From contig OZ220681.1 of NCBI GenBank assembly GCA_965116375.1, forward strand, positions 676,224 to 708,223: DNA of 32,000 bases. Reading direction: 5' to 3'. The DNA is from Dehalococcoidia bacterium. GTDB lineage: Bacteria > Chloroflexota > Dehalococcoidia > Lucifugimonadales > Lucifugimonadaceae. The position numbers and the translations under genes are program-made. Positions 1 to 9,384 of this stretch are shown piece by piece. Position 1 is the stretch's first letter. Each line of letters opens with the position of its first letter. The notes under the pieces were generated by a model. That model was not told the DNA's origin, searched no databases, and saw only the letters and a list, made by a program, of their open reading frames with translations.

Positions 1-3
1 CAG

Positions 4-996
4 ATGACGACCACTCCAGGTCAGGAAACCATAACCACCACTAACGGCCAGGCAGACTCGCAGGCATTCAAGGCGGGGCGGGTTCACGCTCGCGTGTGGA
101 GTGATAACGATAAGCCCGAAGTTGGAAACTGGACCGTAAAGGGCGGCCTCGCGCAGATGCTCAAGGGCGGGGTGATCATGGACGTGGTGACCGCCGAGCA
201 CGCAAAGATTGCTGAAGACGCAGGCGCCGTGGCCGTGATGGCGCTCGAACGGGTCCCGGCGGACATTCGAAGGGACGGCGGCATCGCCCGCATGTCCGAC
301 CCCGACCTCATAACTGGCATCATCGACGCGGTGACCATCCCGGTCATGGCAAAGTGCCGCATCGGACACTTCGTCGAGGCGCAGATCCTCGAGTCGCTCG
401 GTGTCGACTACGCAGACGAGTCCGAAGTGCTGACGCCGGCCGACACGGACAACCACATCAACAAGTGGGACTTCGCAATGCCGTTCGTGTGCGGTTGCCG
501 GGACCTCGGCGAGGCCCTCAGGCGCATCGGCGAAGGCGCGGCGATGATCCGCACGAAGGGCGAAGCAGGGACAGGAGACGTCGTCCAGGCAGTGAAGCAC
601 GGCCGAACGGTACTCGGCCAGATCCGCAAGCTGCAGTCCATGGACGACGGCGAACTGATGTCGGAAGCCAAGAAGCTGGGCGCGCCTTACGAGTTGGTCG
701 TCGAAGTAGCGAGGACCGGAAAACTGCCTGTAGTCAACTTTGCGGCAGGCGGCGTGGCCACGCCGGCGGACGCCGCCCTGCTGATGCAGATCGGCGTGGA
801 CGGCATCTTCGTGGGCTCGGGCATCTTCAAGTCATCCGAGCCGGCCAAGCGAGCAGACGCGATTGTCCAGGCCACCACGCACTACCAGGACCCCGACGTG
901 CTGGCGAAAGTTTCGGCTGGCCTCGGTGAGCCAATGAGCGGTATCGACACGTCCAGCCTTACGGCAGACGAACGGCTCGAAACCCGCGGGTGGTAG
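4..996 (+). CDS. pdxS: Pyridoxal 5'-phosphate synthase lyase subunit PdxS
   Basis: 330-aa ORF with PdxS/SNZ-type motifs ([54 protein letters not shown]). pdxT follows directly. The N-terminus is about 30 aa longer than usual, so the true start may be internal, e.g. the in-frame GTG at 94. Confidence 0.9.
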   Translation: MTTTPGQETITTTNGQADSQAFKAGRVHARVWSDNDKPEVGNWTVKGGLAQMLKGGVIMDVVTAEHAKIAEDAGAVAVMALERVPADIRRDGGIARMSDPDLITGIIDAVTIPVMAKCRIGHFVEAQILESLGVDYADESEVLTPADTDNHINKWDFAMPFVCGCRDLGEALRRIGEGAAMIRTKGEAGTGDVVQAVKHGRTVLGQIRKLQSMDDGELMSEAKKLGAPYELVVEVARTGKLPVVNFAAGGVATPADAALLMQIGVDGIFVGSGIFKSSEPAKRADAIVQATTHYQDPDVLAKVSAGLGEPMSGIDTSSLTADERLETRGW

Positions 997-1676
997 GCAA
1001 AGTAACCGCCAGGACATCCACGGACACGAAGGCAATCCGGCAACCGAAGATAGGCGTTCTCGCCCTGCAGGGTGACTTCCGCGAGCACATCGCAATGCTT
1101 GAAAATATGGGCATCGCGGCCCCGGAAGTCCGGCTACCCGCCCACATGGAGGGGCTGGACGGCCTGATAATACCCGGAGGGGAGAGCACGACCATCACTA
1201 AACTGATGGACCGCTGGGGATTCCGTACTGCTCTGCCTCAAGCCGTTTCAGATGGCATGGCCGTATGGGGGACCTGCGCAGGGATGATCGTACTGGCCCG
1301 CCGCCTCGTCGATCCCTATCCGGAGCCGCTCGGAATGTTGAACGTCACCGCCTCGCGTAACTGGTTCGGCCGTCAGGTCGACAGCTTCGAGGCGGACTTC
1401 GAGGTAGTCGGATTGGACGGCGGGCCCTTCCGCGCGATATTCATCAGGGCCCCGGTAATCGAAGAAACCGGCGATTCGGTCCAGGTGCTCGCCGCACTTC
1501 CGGACGGGCACCCGGTGGCGGTCCGCCAGGGAAACATGCTGGCCACGGCGTTTCACCCTGAACTCACCGGCGACGATCGGATTCACCGGATGTTCGCCGA
1601 TATGGCGGTAAGTGGCCGGGATGGGACAGAAAATGAGGCCAGGAAGGAAGCAGAGGTCGCGGAGACGCCGGGATAG
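990..1676 (+). CDS. pdxT: Pyridoxal 5'-phosphate synthase glutaminase subunit PdxT
   Basis: [32 protein letters not shown] (catalytic Cys) and FHPELT (His/Glu) motifs. The GTG start overlaps the pdxS stop (GTGGTAG). Confidence 0.9.
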   Translation: MVGKVTARTSTDTKAIRQPKIGVLALQGDFREHIAMLENMGIAAPEVRLPAHMEGLDGLIIPGGESTTITKLMDRWGFRTALPQAVSDGMAVWGTCAGMIVLARRLVDPYPEPLGMLNVTASRNWFGRQVDSFEADFEVVGLDGGPFRAIFIRAPVIEETGDSVQVLAALPDGHPVAVRQGNMLATAFHPELTGDDRIHRMFADMAVSGRDGTENEARKEAEVAETPG

Positions 1677-1703
1677 ATCGGAGCCACGAGCGGTCAAGGC
1701 TGC

Positions 1704-2639
1704 ATGATTCGAAACTTGCATCCCATCGATTCGCCTGCGTTCTTGCCATTCAAAATGGCGGCGGGCAAGGCCCGCGCGTACCCTCTGCCCCTCGTTCTCA
1801 CGGGCGAAGCGGCCACATTTCCCCTGGTCAAGTACGCCGGAGTAGCCATGTCGCCCGGCGCCTGGCGGAGTTGCTGGGTGCAGACGCAACGGGCACGGAT
1901 CCAGGTCCTCATGCGAGCCGGTCAACGCTCCGGGCAGTTGGCCTGGGAGGTAAGTGACCTGTACGTGCACCAGAAATTCGGCGCCGCTGCATCGGAAGCG
2001 TTGGAACAGTTGGCCGTTCCGGCTGGAAAGTCCGGCGCCCGCAGGGTGTTCCTTCGGCTTGCGTCGGATGACTGGCTCAACGACGAGGCCAGGAAAGCCG
2101 GGTTCGTTCCAGTCGACTCGGAAACCCTCTACAGTGTTGAATCGGCGGCGGCGGCGGCCGAAAGACTGGACGATTTTAACGGGGAATTGGGTCTGCGGGT
2201 ACGGGACGCAACTGACGACGTCCCACTCTTTCGTCTCTACTGCGCCACCACGCCCCTGGACATCCGAATGCGCACTTCGCAGACCATGCCCGAGTGGCGG
2301 GACTCGCTCGAAAAACCCGGGAGGAAGGCAGAGGAGCGGGTTGCAGTTGACAGCGACGGGAACGCCCGCGCCTGGCTCCGGACCGCGCATACCGACTCCG
2401 GCCATTTCTTTGACGTTACGTGGTGCGGCGAATCTCCGAACGCCATGCAGCAGGTACTCTCCGCCGGCCTGGACACTGAAAACGGCCCGGTTTCAACGCT
2501 TGTCCCATCCCGCAAGGAACAATTGGCGGGATTGCTGGTCGACATCGGCTTTCGGCCGGTGCGGACCTACACGGTAATGGTTAAGACACTGACGGTACGA
2601 GTTCCTGAGACGCGTCGCGTCGCCGCGGCGGTCGGGTAA
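1704..2639 (+). CDS. Hypothetical protein (possibly GNAT-fold acetyltransferase-like)
   Basis: 311-aa ORF, co-directional and tightly spaced with its neighbours. Its composition is protein-like, unlike the Arg/Pro-rich antisense ORF 1248..2405. Only weak GNAT-like features (RRVFLRL...ARKAGFVPV). Function not established. Confidence 0.45.
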   Translation: MIRNLHPIDSPAFLPFKMAAGKARAYPLPLVLTGEAATFPLVKYAGVAMSPGAWRSCWVQTQRARIQVLMRAGQRSGQLAWEVSDLYVHQKFGAAASEALEQLAVPAGKSGARRVFLRLASDDWLNDEARKAGFVPVDSETLYSVESAAAAAERLDDFNGELGLRVRDATDDVPLFRLYCATTPLDIRMRTSQTMPEWRDSLEKPGRKAEERVAVDSDGNARAWLRTAHTDSGHFFDVTWCGESPNAMQQVLSAGLDTENGPVSTLVPSRKEQLAGLLVDIGFRPVRTYTVMVKTLTVRVPETRRVAAAVG

Positions 2640-2704
2640 CACGCAGGAGGAAGCCGATAACAACCAACGGCAAATTTGGCGATCACGGCAACTCAGCCGG
2701 GATC

Positions 2705-4318
2705 ATGGACGACCTCGAGGCTTTCGTGAGAATTCTGCCCGACAGGGTGCAGGACTACCTGGGACGTTCGACTGACAGCCACGATTTGACGGAAGTGGTC
2801 ATGGACCTGGGACGGCCGCCCCAGGTCAGATACCTGGTCGGCCAGGAACAGGTCGGCTCCGACGAGGTAACGTCCGACGACATCCAGCACGTCGTCGAGC
2901 GGATAGGCCCGTTTGGCGATGACAATCGGGCGGGGATCGAGCGCACGCTGCACAGGATTTCGGTCTTGCGCAACCGCGCCGGCAAGCCGGTGGGCCTCAC
3001 CTGCCGCGTCGGGCGCGCCGTATTCGGCAGCGTCAAGCTGATCGAAGACCTGGTCCGTACCGGTGACTCGATTCTCTTGCTGGGCCGCCCCGGCGTGGGC
3101 AAGACCACGATGCTGCGGGAAGTCGCACGCGTGCTTGCGGACGACGTCGGCAAGAGGGTCGTCGTCGTGGACACGTCCAATGAGATCGCCGGAGACGGCG
3201 ACGTTCCACACCCGGCCATTGGCAGCGCCCGCCGTCTGCAGGTGGCGCGTACGGAGTTGCAGCACCGGGTGATGATCGAGGCCGTGGAAAACCACATGCC
3301 CGAGGTGATCATCATCGACGAGATGAGCACTGAGCTTGAGGCCCTGGCGGCCCGCACCATCGCCGAGCGGGGTGTTCAACTGGTCGCCACCGCCCACGGC
3401 AACACGCTCGCAAACGTCGTCTCCAACCCGAGCCTTTCCGACCTAGTCGGCGGCACCCAGGCCGTGACTCTCGGCGACATCGAGGCGCGCCGCCGCCGGA
3501 CTCAGAAAACGGTCCTCGAACGCAAACACGACCCCACGTTTGACATGGTGGTCGAAATCCGGGAACGGAACCGGCTCGGCATTCACCTCGACTCCGGAAC
3601 GGCCGTGGACCGCATGCTGCGCGGGATACCCGCGCCGCGCGAACTGCGCTGGCTCGACGAACTGGACGGGGTGCGCACCGAGATCGAAGAAGTCGACGAG
3701 CCGCCGCAGGACTTCAGGACTGCGCCGTTCGATGTTCCCGCGGGCACGCGTCCCCGGCGCGAATATGTGGTGGGCGAACCCCACGGCGGACCCGGCTCAG
3801 CCGCGGACCAGGCGGACGAATACAGCCCGGTGGCCCCGACGCGCGTACACCCGTTCGGCGTCCCCCTGCCCGCCCTCAAACAGGCGATTGGGGACATCGG
3901 CGCGGCCGTCGAGCTCGTGAACAATGCGAACGACGCGGACATACTGGTCACCACCAAGTCGCACTACAATCGCCGGCCCACCGAAGTGCGCCACGCCGAA
4001 CGCGACGGTGTCCCGGTGTATGTGCTGCGGCGAGGCACCAGTGAGCAGATCTCCCAGTTCCTCCGGCGGTTTTCCCCCGGTGGTACCAACGGAGCGTCCC
4101 ACGCGGGAGCTGAAAACCACCAGGTGAGCCTGGCGCTGCAAGAGGCTGAACAGGCCATTGAAATGGTCAGGAACGGCAAGCGGCGCGTCGAACTCTCTCC
4201 CCAGGCCGCCTACATCCGACGCCTGCAGCATGGTCTGGCCGCCCGCAGCAATGTTGGATCGTCCAGCACCGGTCGTGATGACGGCAGGCGCGTGGTGATT
4301 CGCTGGCGCAGGCGCTAG
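2705..4318 (+). CDS. AAA ATPase with C-terminal R3H domain (SpoIIIAA/Ycf45-like)
   Basis: Walker A GRPGVGKTT, Walker B VIIIDE, ATAHG sensor-like motif. C-terminal RRLQH (R-x-x-x-H) in a basic tail. Overall resemblance to Ycf45/SpoIIIAA-type R3H ATPases. Confidence 0.75.
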   Translation: MDDLEAFVRILPDRVQDYLGRSTDSHDLTEVVMDLGRPPQVRYLVGQEQVGSDEVTSDDIQHVVERIGPFGDDNRAGIERTLHRISVLRNRAGKPVGLTCRVGRAVFGSVKLIEDLVRTGDSILLLGRPGVGKTTMLREVARVLADDVGKRVVVVDTSNEIAGDGDVPHPAIGSARRLQVARTELQHRVMIEAVENHMPEVIIIDEMSTELEALAARTIAERGVQLVATAHGNTLANVVSNPSLSDLVGGTQAVTLGDIEARRRRTQKTVLERKHDPTFDMVVEIRERNRLGIHLDSGTAVDRMLRGIPAPRELRWLDELDGVRTEIEEVDEPPQDFRTAPFDVPAGTRPRREYVVGEPHGGPGSAADQADEYSPVAPTRVHPFGVPLPALKQAIGDIGAAVELVNNANDADILVTTKSHYNRRPTEVRHAERDGVPVYVLRRGTSEQISQFLRRFSPGGTNGASHAGAENHQVSLALQEAEQAIEMVRNGKRRVELSPQAAYIRRLQHGLAARSNVGSSSTGRDDGRRVVIRWRRR

Positions 4319-4356
4319 CGGGCTTTCGCTATGAGAACGCCGGGACATGCGCGCCC

Positions 4357-4995
4357 ATGCTGATCTCCATCGAGGGCGGCGAGGGCGTGGGCAAGACCAC
4401 GCAGGCCAGGTTGCTGGAACAGAGGGTCCGCGCCAAGGGCTGCGACGTCATGTTGATCCGTGAGCCGGGCGGCACCCCGCTGGGCGAACACGTACGGGAC
4501 CTGGTCAAGGGCGGCATTGGTCAGTCGCACAGATCGGAGTTATTGCTGTTCGAGGCGGCGCGGGCAGAACTGGTCGAAACCGTCATTCGACCGGCCCTCG
4601 AACGCGGGACTATCGTCATCTCCGACCGCTTCTCAGACTCATCGCTCGCCTACCAGGGACACGGCCGCGAACTATCGCTGGAGGTGGTAGCCCGGCTGAA
4701 CGAATTCGCAACCGGGGGTCTCGCGCCGGACGTCACGATTCTGCTGAACGCCCCACCGTCTGTGGGAGCGGCACGCGCAGCGGAGAGAGACCGCCACAAC
4801 ACCGACGCGAAAACGAAGTTCGAGGACGAGCCCGAGGACTTCCAGGAACGCGTTTCTGATGGTTTTCGCGAGATCGCCTCACGCGAACCCGGCCGGTGGC
4901 ACGAAGTAGACGCCACCCCGTCGGTAGACGAGGTGGCAAACGCCATTTGGCGGCATATGGAAACGCTATTGGACGAACGAGCCGGACATGAGTAG
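4357..4995 (+). CDS. tmk: Thymidylate kinase
   Basis: MLISIEGGEGVGKTT P-loop, REPGGTPLGE and DRFSDSSLAYQG motifs typical of dTMP kinase. Confidence 0.9.
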   Translation: MLISIEGGEGVGKTTQARLLEQRVRAKGCDVMLIREPGGTPLGEHVRDLVKGGIGQSHRSELLLFEAARAELVETVIRPALERGTIVISDRFSDSSLAYQGHGRELSLEVVARLNEFATGGLAPDVTILLNAPPSVGAARAAERDRHNTDAKTKFEDEPEDFQERVSDGFREIASREPGRWHEVDATPSVDEVANAIWRHMETLLDERAGHE

Positions 4996-5430
4996 ATGAT
5001 CGACGAAACGCTGACAGAAGCCGAGGCCCTGGAACTGGTCAATGGGACGCACCTGGCGATATTCACGGTGGTAGGCGCCGACGGCTTCGCTCACTCGACA
5101 CCGGTCTGGTACCTGCCGGAGCCGGAAGGAAGCGCGACCGTTCTGATCGACCCCGCCTCGGTCAAAGCTCGAATACTCAAACGGGACCCGCGGGCAACCG
5201 TCCTGATCGTCAACGACTCGGAAGGCGGCGACCGGTGGGTGATGTACCGCGGCAACGCGAAGATTTCCGAGGACCATATAGACGACCTCATGATCCGTGT
5301 CTCTACGCGGTATATGGGAGATACCGAGGGCAGAAAGTACGCCGCGAGTTACGGCAAACCGCTGCCCTTCGTGGCCGTGTCGCTCGTGAATCCCCGGCTT
5401 ACGAGTTGGAAGTCGCCGTTTTCGGATTGA
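4996..5430 (+). CDS. Pyridoxamine 5'-phosphate oxidase family protein (split-barrel flavin/F420-binding class)
   Basis: 144-aa ORF starting immediately after the tmk stop (TAGATG). Size and pattern (LAIFTVVGADGFAHSTPVWY...V.IDP.S.KARIL.RDPRATV) fit the PPOX-class split-barrel fold. Confidence 0.7.
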   Translation: MIDETLTEAEALELVNGTHLAIFTVVGADGFAHSTPVWYLPEPEGSATVLIDPASVKARILKRDPRATVLIVNDSEGGDRWVMYRGNAKISEDHIDDLMIRVSTRYMGDTEGRKYAASYGKPLPFVAVSLVNPRLTSWKSPFSD

Positions 5431-5492
5431 ACCGTCAACCGACCTCCGCGCGTTATCCCAGTCTCAACCGGCTCGCTGCGAACGTGCTGAAT

Positions 5493-6491
5493 TTACGCGC
5501 CGGCCGTGGACGCCGCCGTCGAAAAGTCCGGCTCTCCGATGTCGGCCGCGATGCCGTTGGGGCTGCCACGCTCTAACGTCTCGTAGACCTCGTCCACCGA
5601 CGCGACGAGCCACGGGTCCGGCGCGCACGCAACAGACTCATCCTTCCCCTCGTACGGAATGCTGTGCACCACGTGCCGCATGGCATTTATGCGCGCCCGC
5701 ATCTTGTCGTCTGACTTGATGAGGGTCCAGGGCGCTTCACGCGTGTGGGTGTAGTAGAACATCGCCTTCTTTTCACGCGTGTAGTTGTCCCAGTTGGCGG
5801 CTGACTGCCGGTCGATCGGGCTCATCTTCCACTTCTTGAGCGCATCCTGCTGGCGCTGCTTGAAACGCCGGTTTTGCTCTTTCTGGCTCACGGAGAAGTA
5901 GAGCTTGATGAACCTGATGCCTTCCTGGACGATCATTCGCTCCAGCGCGGGCGTCTGCAGGATGAAGCGCCGGTACTCCTCTTCCGTCGCGAAGCCCATC
6001 ACCCGCTCAACGCCTGCCCGGTTGTACCAGGAGCGGTCGAAGAGCACGATCTCTCCGGCCGTCGGGAAGTGCTCGATGTACCTCTGGAAGTACCACTGCC
6101 CGGTCTGCACGTCAGAGGGTTTCTGGAGGGCCACGACTCTCGCGCCGCGGGGATTCCAGTGCTCCATGAACCGCCGTATCGTGCCGCCCTTACCGGCCGC
6201 GTCACGGCCTTCGAACAGGATGATGACGCGTTCTCCGGTCGCGTTCACCCAGTCCTGGAGCTTGACCAACTCCACCTGGAGCGGGAACTTTTGGCCGTAG
6301 TACTCCTCGTAGGTCATCCTGTTGAGATAGGGGTACAGGTTGTTCCTGAAGTAGCGGGCCCGCGTGCCCGGCTCGATGACGGAGGGGTCCTCGATCGGCA
6401 CGGCGTTCACCACCGTCTTCCTCTTCTTCGAAGCCTTCATGGAGTCATCGTAGAAGTATGTGTAGTAGCCTTTGACCTTGTTCTTGGCCAT
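5493..6491 (-). CDS. ppk2: Polyphosphate kinase 2
   Basis: VIILFEGRDAAGKGGTIRR (PPK2 Walker A), DRSWYNRAGVERVMGF and lid-region motifs. Strong SD GGAGGAGG upstream of the ATG. Confidence 0.9.
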   Translation of the reverse strand: MAKNKVKGYYTYFYDDSMKASKKRKTVVNAVPIEDPSVIEPGTRARYFRNNLYPYLNRMTYEEYYGQKFPLQVELVKLQDWVNATGERVIILFEGRDAAGKGGTIRRFMEHWNPRGARVVALQKPSDVQTGQWYFQRYIEHFPTAGEIVLFDRSWYNRAGVERVMGFATEEEYRRFILQTPALERMIVQEGIRFIKLYFSVSQKEQNRRFKQRQQDALKKWKMSPIDRQSAANWDNYTREKKAMFYYTHTREAPWTLIKSDDKMRARINAMRHVVHSIPYEGKDESVACAPDPWLVASVDEVYETLERGSPNGIAADIGEPDFSTAASTAGA

Positions 6492-6681
6492 TACGATCCT
6501 CCTCCGCTGATTTCGTCATCTCTCTAATACCATTGTCCGGAATGATACTCCGCATCCGCGTATTTGTGACAAGTCTGGACGCGAGAATGCCCGCTTGACG
6601 CACCGAAACCGTCCAAATGCGGGGTTCCAACAAACTGAAAACAGCATTCACCAGCCGGGTTGAAAGGGAATTCAGGCAACA

Positions 6682-7452
6682 GTGAGAACTAACACGCTCA
6701 AACGAAAACTCAACAACGGGGAGGCCACAATAGGCGCCTTCGTCAACTCTCCGTCCCCCGCGATGGTCGAAATCATGGGATGGCTGGGGTTCGACTTCGC
6801 GATCATCGATTGCGAACACTGCCCCATGGACTACGAGACCACCGAAAACATGATCCGGGCGGCCGAACTCTCGGACATCACGCCGATCGTGCGCATCGGA
6901 ATGAACATCCAGCAACACATCCAGCGTTACATGGATGCTGGCGCGGCAGGCGTCTTGATGCCCCTGATCAACACCGGCGCAGAGGCCCGCGCCGTCGTGG
7001 ACGCCGTCAAGTACCCCCCGGTCGGGAAACGCGGCCTCTTCGGTGGACGGGGCAGCATGAACGGCCTGCAGGACATCGCCGAGTACGTCAAAGAGGCCAA
7101 CCGGGAGACCTTCATCGCCATCCAGATCGAGACGCTGGAGGCCATCGAAAACCAGGACGAGATCATAAACACGGAACACGCCGACCTCATCTTCCTCGGC
7201 CCCGGCGACCTGTCATCCGTGTTCGGCGTACACGGCCAGATGCGGCATCCCAAGGTCGTCCAGACCATCGAGGAGTTGACGCCGAAGATCCGGGCCGCAG
7301 GAAAGCATGTGGGATCGATTGCTCTCGACGGCGATCACGCACGCCGCTGGAACGAGATTGGCATCAAGTGGCTCGTAAACGGCACGAACCGGTTCTTCTC
7401 CGCCGGCAGCAGGGCCTATCTCGATGAAGTCCGTGACAGCATTGCGACTTGA
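6682..7452 (+). CDS. HpcH/HpaI-family 2-keto-3-deoxy-acid aldolase
   Basis: 256 aa with GTG start. Pattern LN.GE...G.F......PAMVEI.G..GFDF..ID.EH.P is typical of HpcH/HpaI/GarL aldolases. Confidence 0.85.
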   Translation: MRTNTLKRKLNNGEATIGAFVNSPSPAMVEIMGWLGFDFAIIDCEHCPMDYETTENMIRAAELSDITPIVRIGMNIQQHIQRYMDAGAAGVLMPLINTGAEARAVVDAVKYPPVGKRGLFGGRGSMNGLQDIAEYVKEANRETFIAIQIETLEAIENQDEIINTEHADLIFLGPGDLSSVFGVHGQMRHPKVVQTIEELTPKIRAAGKHVGSIALDGDHARRWNEIGIKWLVNGTNRFFSAGSRAYLDEVRDSIAT

Positions 7453-7542
7453 TACTTGGCATCCGGGCGAAACGGACCAGGACCGCCCATTCTTACTATG
7501 AAAATAGCGTGACCAGCCCCCAACATCGTCTTGCCGGCCCCC

Positions 7543-7575
7543 ATCGTCTTGCCGGCGGAAGCCGGTATCCACGGT
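7543..7575 (-). repeat. Hairpin repeat family 2 copy, inverted relative to the copies at 23947/24032/24125
   Basis: atcgtcttgccggcggaagccggtatccacggt matches the reverse complement of 23947..23980 outside the loop. Stem GCCGGC/GCCGGT-type. Preceded by an 18-bp-period duplication of catcgtcttgccggc (7524 and 7542). Confidence 0.6.
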
Positions 7576-7689
7576 GGGGATTGGGGGGAGGGCACGCCCT
7601 GCATCTACGACTCCAGGCCCAGAGGCAACACCCCATATTCATCACCTCGTGCGGCCTTGACAAGGCCATGGTGATCCTGAGGAAACAAG

Positions 7690-8622
7690 ATGGCGCAGAG
7701 CGATAAAGACAGAATCGGGTTTGTAGGACTCGGAATAATGGGCAGGCCCATGGCCGGGCATCTCGTCGACGCGGGCTACGAAACGACCGTTTACGACCTG
7801 CTGCCCGACGCGGTCGAGCAACTCGTAAGCGAGGGCGCAAACGCAGGTTCAAGCCCGGCAGACGTGGCGTCCCGGTCGGACATCACCATCACCATGGTGC
7901 CGGACTCGCAGCACGTCGAGGCGGCAATCGCCGGACCCGCCGGCATCATCGAAGGCGCCACTCCCGGCTCGGTCGTCATAGACATGAGCACCATATCGCC
8001 AATGGCCGGCCAGGAACTGGCGGCCAGCCTGAAGGAGCAGGGCGTGGACATGCTGGACGCTCCCGTGACCGGCGGCGAGACCGGAGCAATCAACGGCAGC
8101 CTGTCCATTCTAGTCGGGGGAGACGCCGACATATTCGAGAGGTGCCTGCCCGTGCTACAGATCCTTGGCGGCGCGGTCACGCACATGGGTCCGGGCGGCA
8201 TGGGCCATACGGCCAAGCTGGCCAACCAGGTGCTCGGGATCGGCTGCACGATCGGCATCTGCGAGGGCCTCGTCCTCGCCTCCAAGTCGGGCCTGGACCT
8301 CGAGAAATTCCTCTCCGCAGCCCTGAACGGCGCCAGCACGTCGTGGCACCTGGAATACCTCGGCCCGAGAATTCTCAAAGGAGACTTCGCTCCCGGGTTC
8401 ATGGTGAAGCACATGCAGAAGGACCTGCGTTTGGCCCAGGAAGTGGGCGCTGAAATCGCCTCGCCGTTGCCGATGGTGGCGCTGGTATCGAATCTCTACC
8501 GGTCTCTGCAGGCGCAGGGCGACGAAGCGACAAGCCAGGGACACCACGCCCTGATCCAGGTCATCGAAGAGATGGCGGGCGAGCGCGCCCGCGCCCAATC
8601 CGCGTTGGAAGGGAACTCCTGA
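7690..8622 (+). CDS. NAD(P)-dependent 3-hydroxyisobutyrate / 2-hydroxy-3-oxopropionate (tartronate semialdehyde) reductase family dehydrogenase
   Basis: N-terminal Rossmann IGFVGLGIMGRPMAGHL, DAPVTGG, and a catalytic Lys region (HTAKLANQ) characteristic of the HIBADH/GarR family. SD GAGGA upstream. Confidence 0.85.
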   Translation: MAQSDKDRIGFVGLGIMGRPMAGHLVDAGYETTVYDLLPDAVEQLVSEGANAGSSPADVASRSDITITMVPDSQHVEAAIAGPAGIIEGATPGSVVIDMSTISPMAGQELAASLKEQGVDMLDAPVTGGETGAINGSLSILVGGDADIFERCLPVLQILGGAVTHMGPGGMGHTAKLANQVLGIGCTIGICEGLVLASKSGLDLEKFLSAALNGASTSWHLEYLGPRILKGDFAPGFMVKHMQKDLRLAQEVGAEIASPLPMVALVSNLYRSLQAQGDEATSQGHHALIQVIEEMAGERARAQSALEGNS

Positions 8623-8737
8623 CCCGCTCTAAGACAACCACTCGTAGGGGCGTCCATTGTGGGCACCCGGTGGGGTGGGGCGCGGCAACTGACGCGACGC
8701 CGTTTCGCAGCCGTTCAGCGACTCACTAAACTCCTTC

Positions 8738-9250
8738 TTAGCCGGCCGCGCCTCGCAGACGCCTGCCTTCCCGCCAGTCCTCCACAATCTGATCGTCGTA
8801 CGCGAACGCCATCTTTGGCAGGTCATCCGCCGGGAAGACCCGCGCGGCCAGCGTCTCGTCTCCGGCAATGAGTTCGCCGCCCAACACATCTGCGTTATAG
8901 ACGCCTAGCACGACCGGCTGTCCCGCCGTGGCGTAGATGCCGATTACCCAGTCCGCAGAAACAATGAGCCCACACTCCTCGCGCACTTCCCGCTCGACTG
9001 CCTCGCTGGGCGTCTCGCCCCGGTTGACGTAGCCGGACGGGAAGCTCCACATTCCCAGGCCCGGCTCGATGGCGCGCCGTACGAGTACGATTCCGCCGTC
9101 GTACGGAATCACCGCCGCCGCCGCGAACTTCGGGTCCGCATACGCCACCCTGCCGCACGCCGGGCAGACAGGAACGTCGTTATTTCGCTGGGCCAGCCTC
9201 GTCCCGCATTTTGGACAATAGACGGAGTCCGGGTTGGTTGATTCAGTCAT
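8738..9250 (-). CDS. NUDIX hydrolase with N-terminal zinc ribbon
   Basis: CPKCG...CPACG ribbon followed by the Nudix box GYVNRGETPSEAVEREVREECGL (G-x5-E-x7-REVxEE-xG). Confidence 0.85.
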   Translation of the reverse strand: MTESTNPDSVYCPKCGTRLAQRNNDVPVCPACGRVAYADPKFAAAAVIPYDGGIVLVRRAIEPGLGMWSFPSGYVNRGETPSEAVEREVREECGLIVSADWVIGIYATAGQPVVLGVYNADVLGGELIAGDETLAARVFPADDLPKMAFAYDDQIVEDWREGRRLRGAAG

Positions 9251-9357
9251 CCTAAATCCTCAGAAAATAGCTTCCGAGCACCTCAAATGTCATTTGTATG
9301 TTGTATTTGTCCCCCGAATGGGCCAAATTGCCACTCCGAGCGCCAAAATGTCATTCC

Positions 9358-9384
9358 TGTAAATGTCAACTAATTCGTTGACAG
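9358..9384. repeat. IS481 terminal inverted repeat (end next to the transposase stop)
   Basis: tgtaaatgtcaactaattcgttgacag. The reverse complement of 10379..10405 is tgtagatgttaggtaattcgctgacag. Confidence 0.85.

Noticed and set aside
1248-2405. 385-aa minus-strand ORF overlapping pdxT and the hypothetical gene
   Set aside because: Arg/Gly/Pro-rich composition with no motifs. It is antisense to genes that have clear family signatures, which is the typical high-GC shadow ORF. The same reasoning applies to 2693..3397(-), 5874..6527(+), 6445..7179(-), 9427..10431(+), 12043..13386(-), 16109..16957(-), 19100..20446(+), 20782..21576(+) and 24666..25304(+).
7565-7600. G-tract clusters (ggtggggattggggggaggg here, and 25531..25600) as potential G-quadruplexes
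   Set aside because: The tract and loop spacing does not cleanly satisfy a four-tract G3+ N1-7 pattern. G-runs are expected by chance in this GC-rich repeat DNA.
8644-8668. gtaggggcgtccattgtgggcaccc in the convergent intergenic region, reminiscent of yet another short repeat family
   Set aside because: Only one copy in the window and no clear self-complementarity. Recognition rests solely on vague memory of similar metagenomic motifs.
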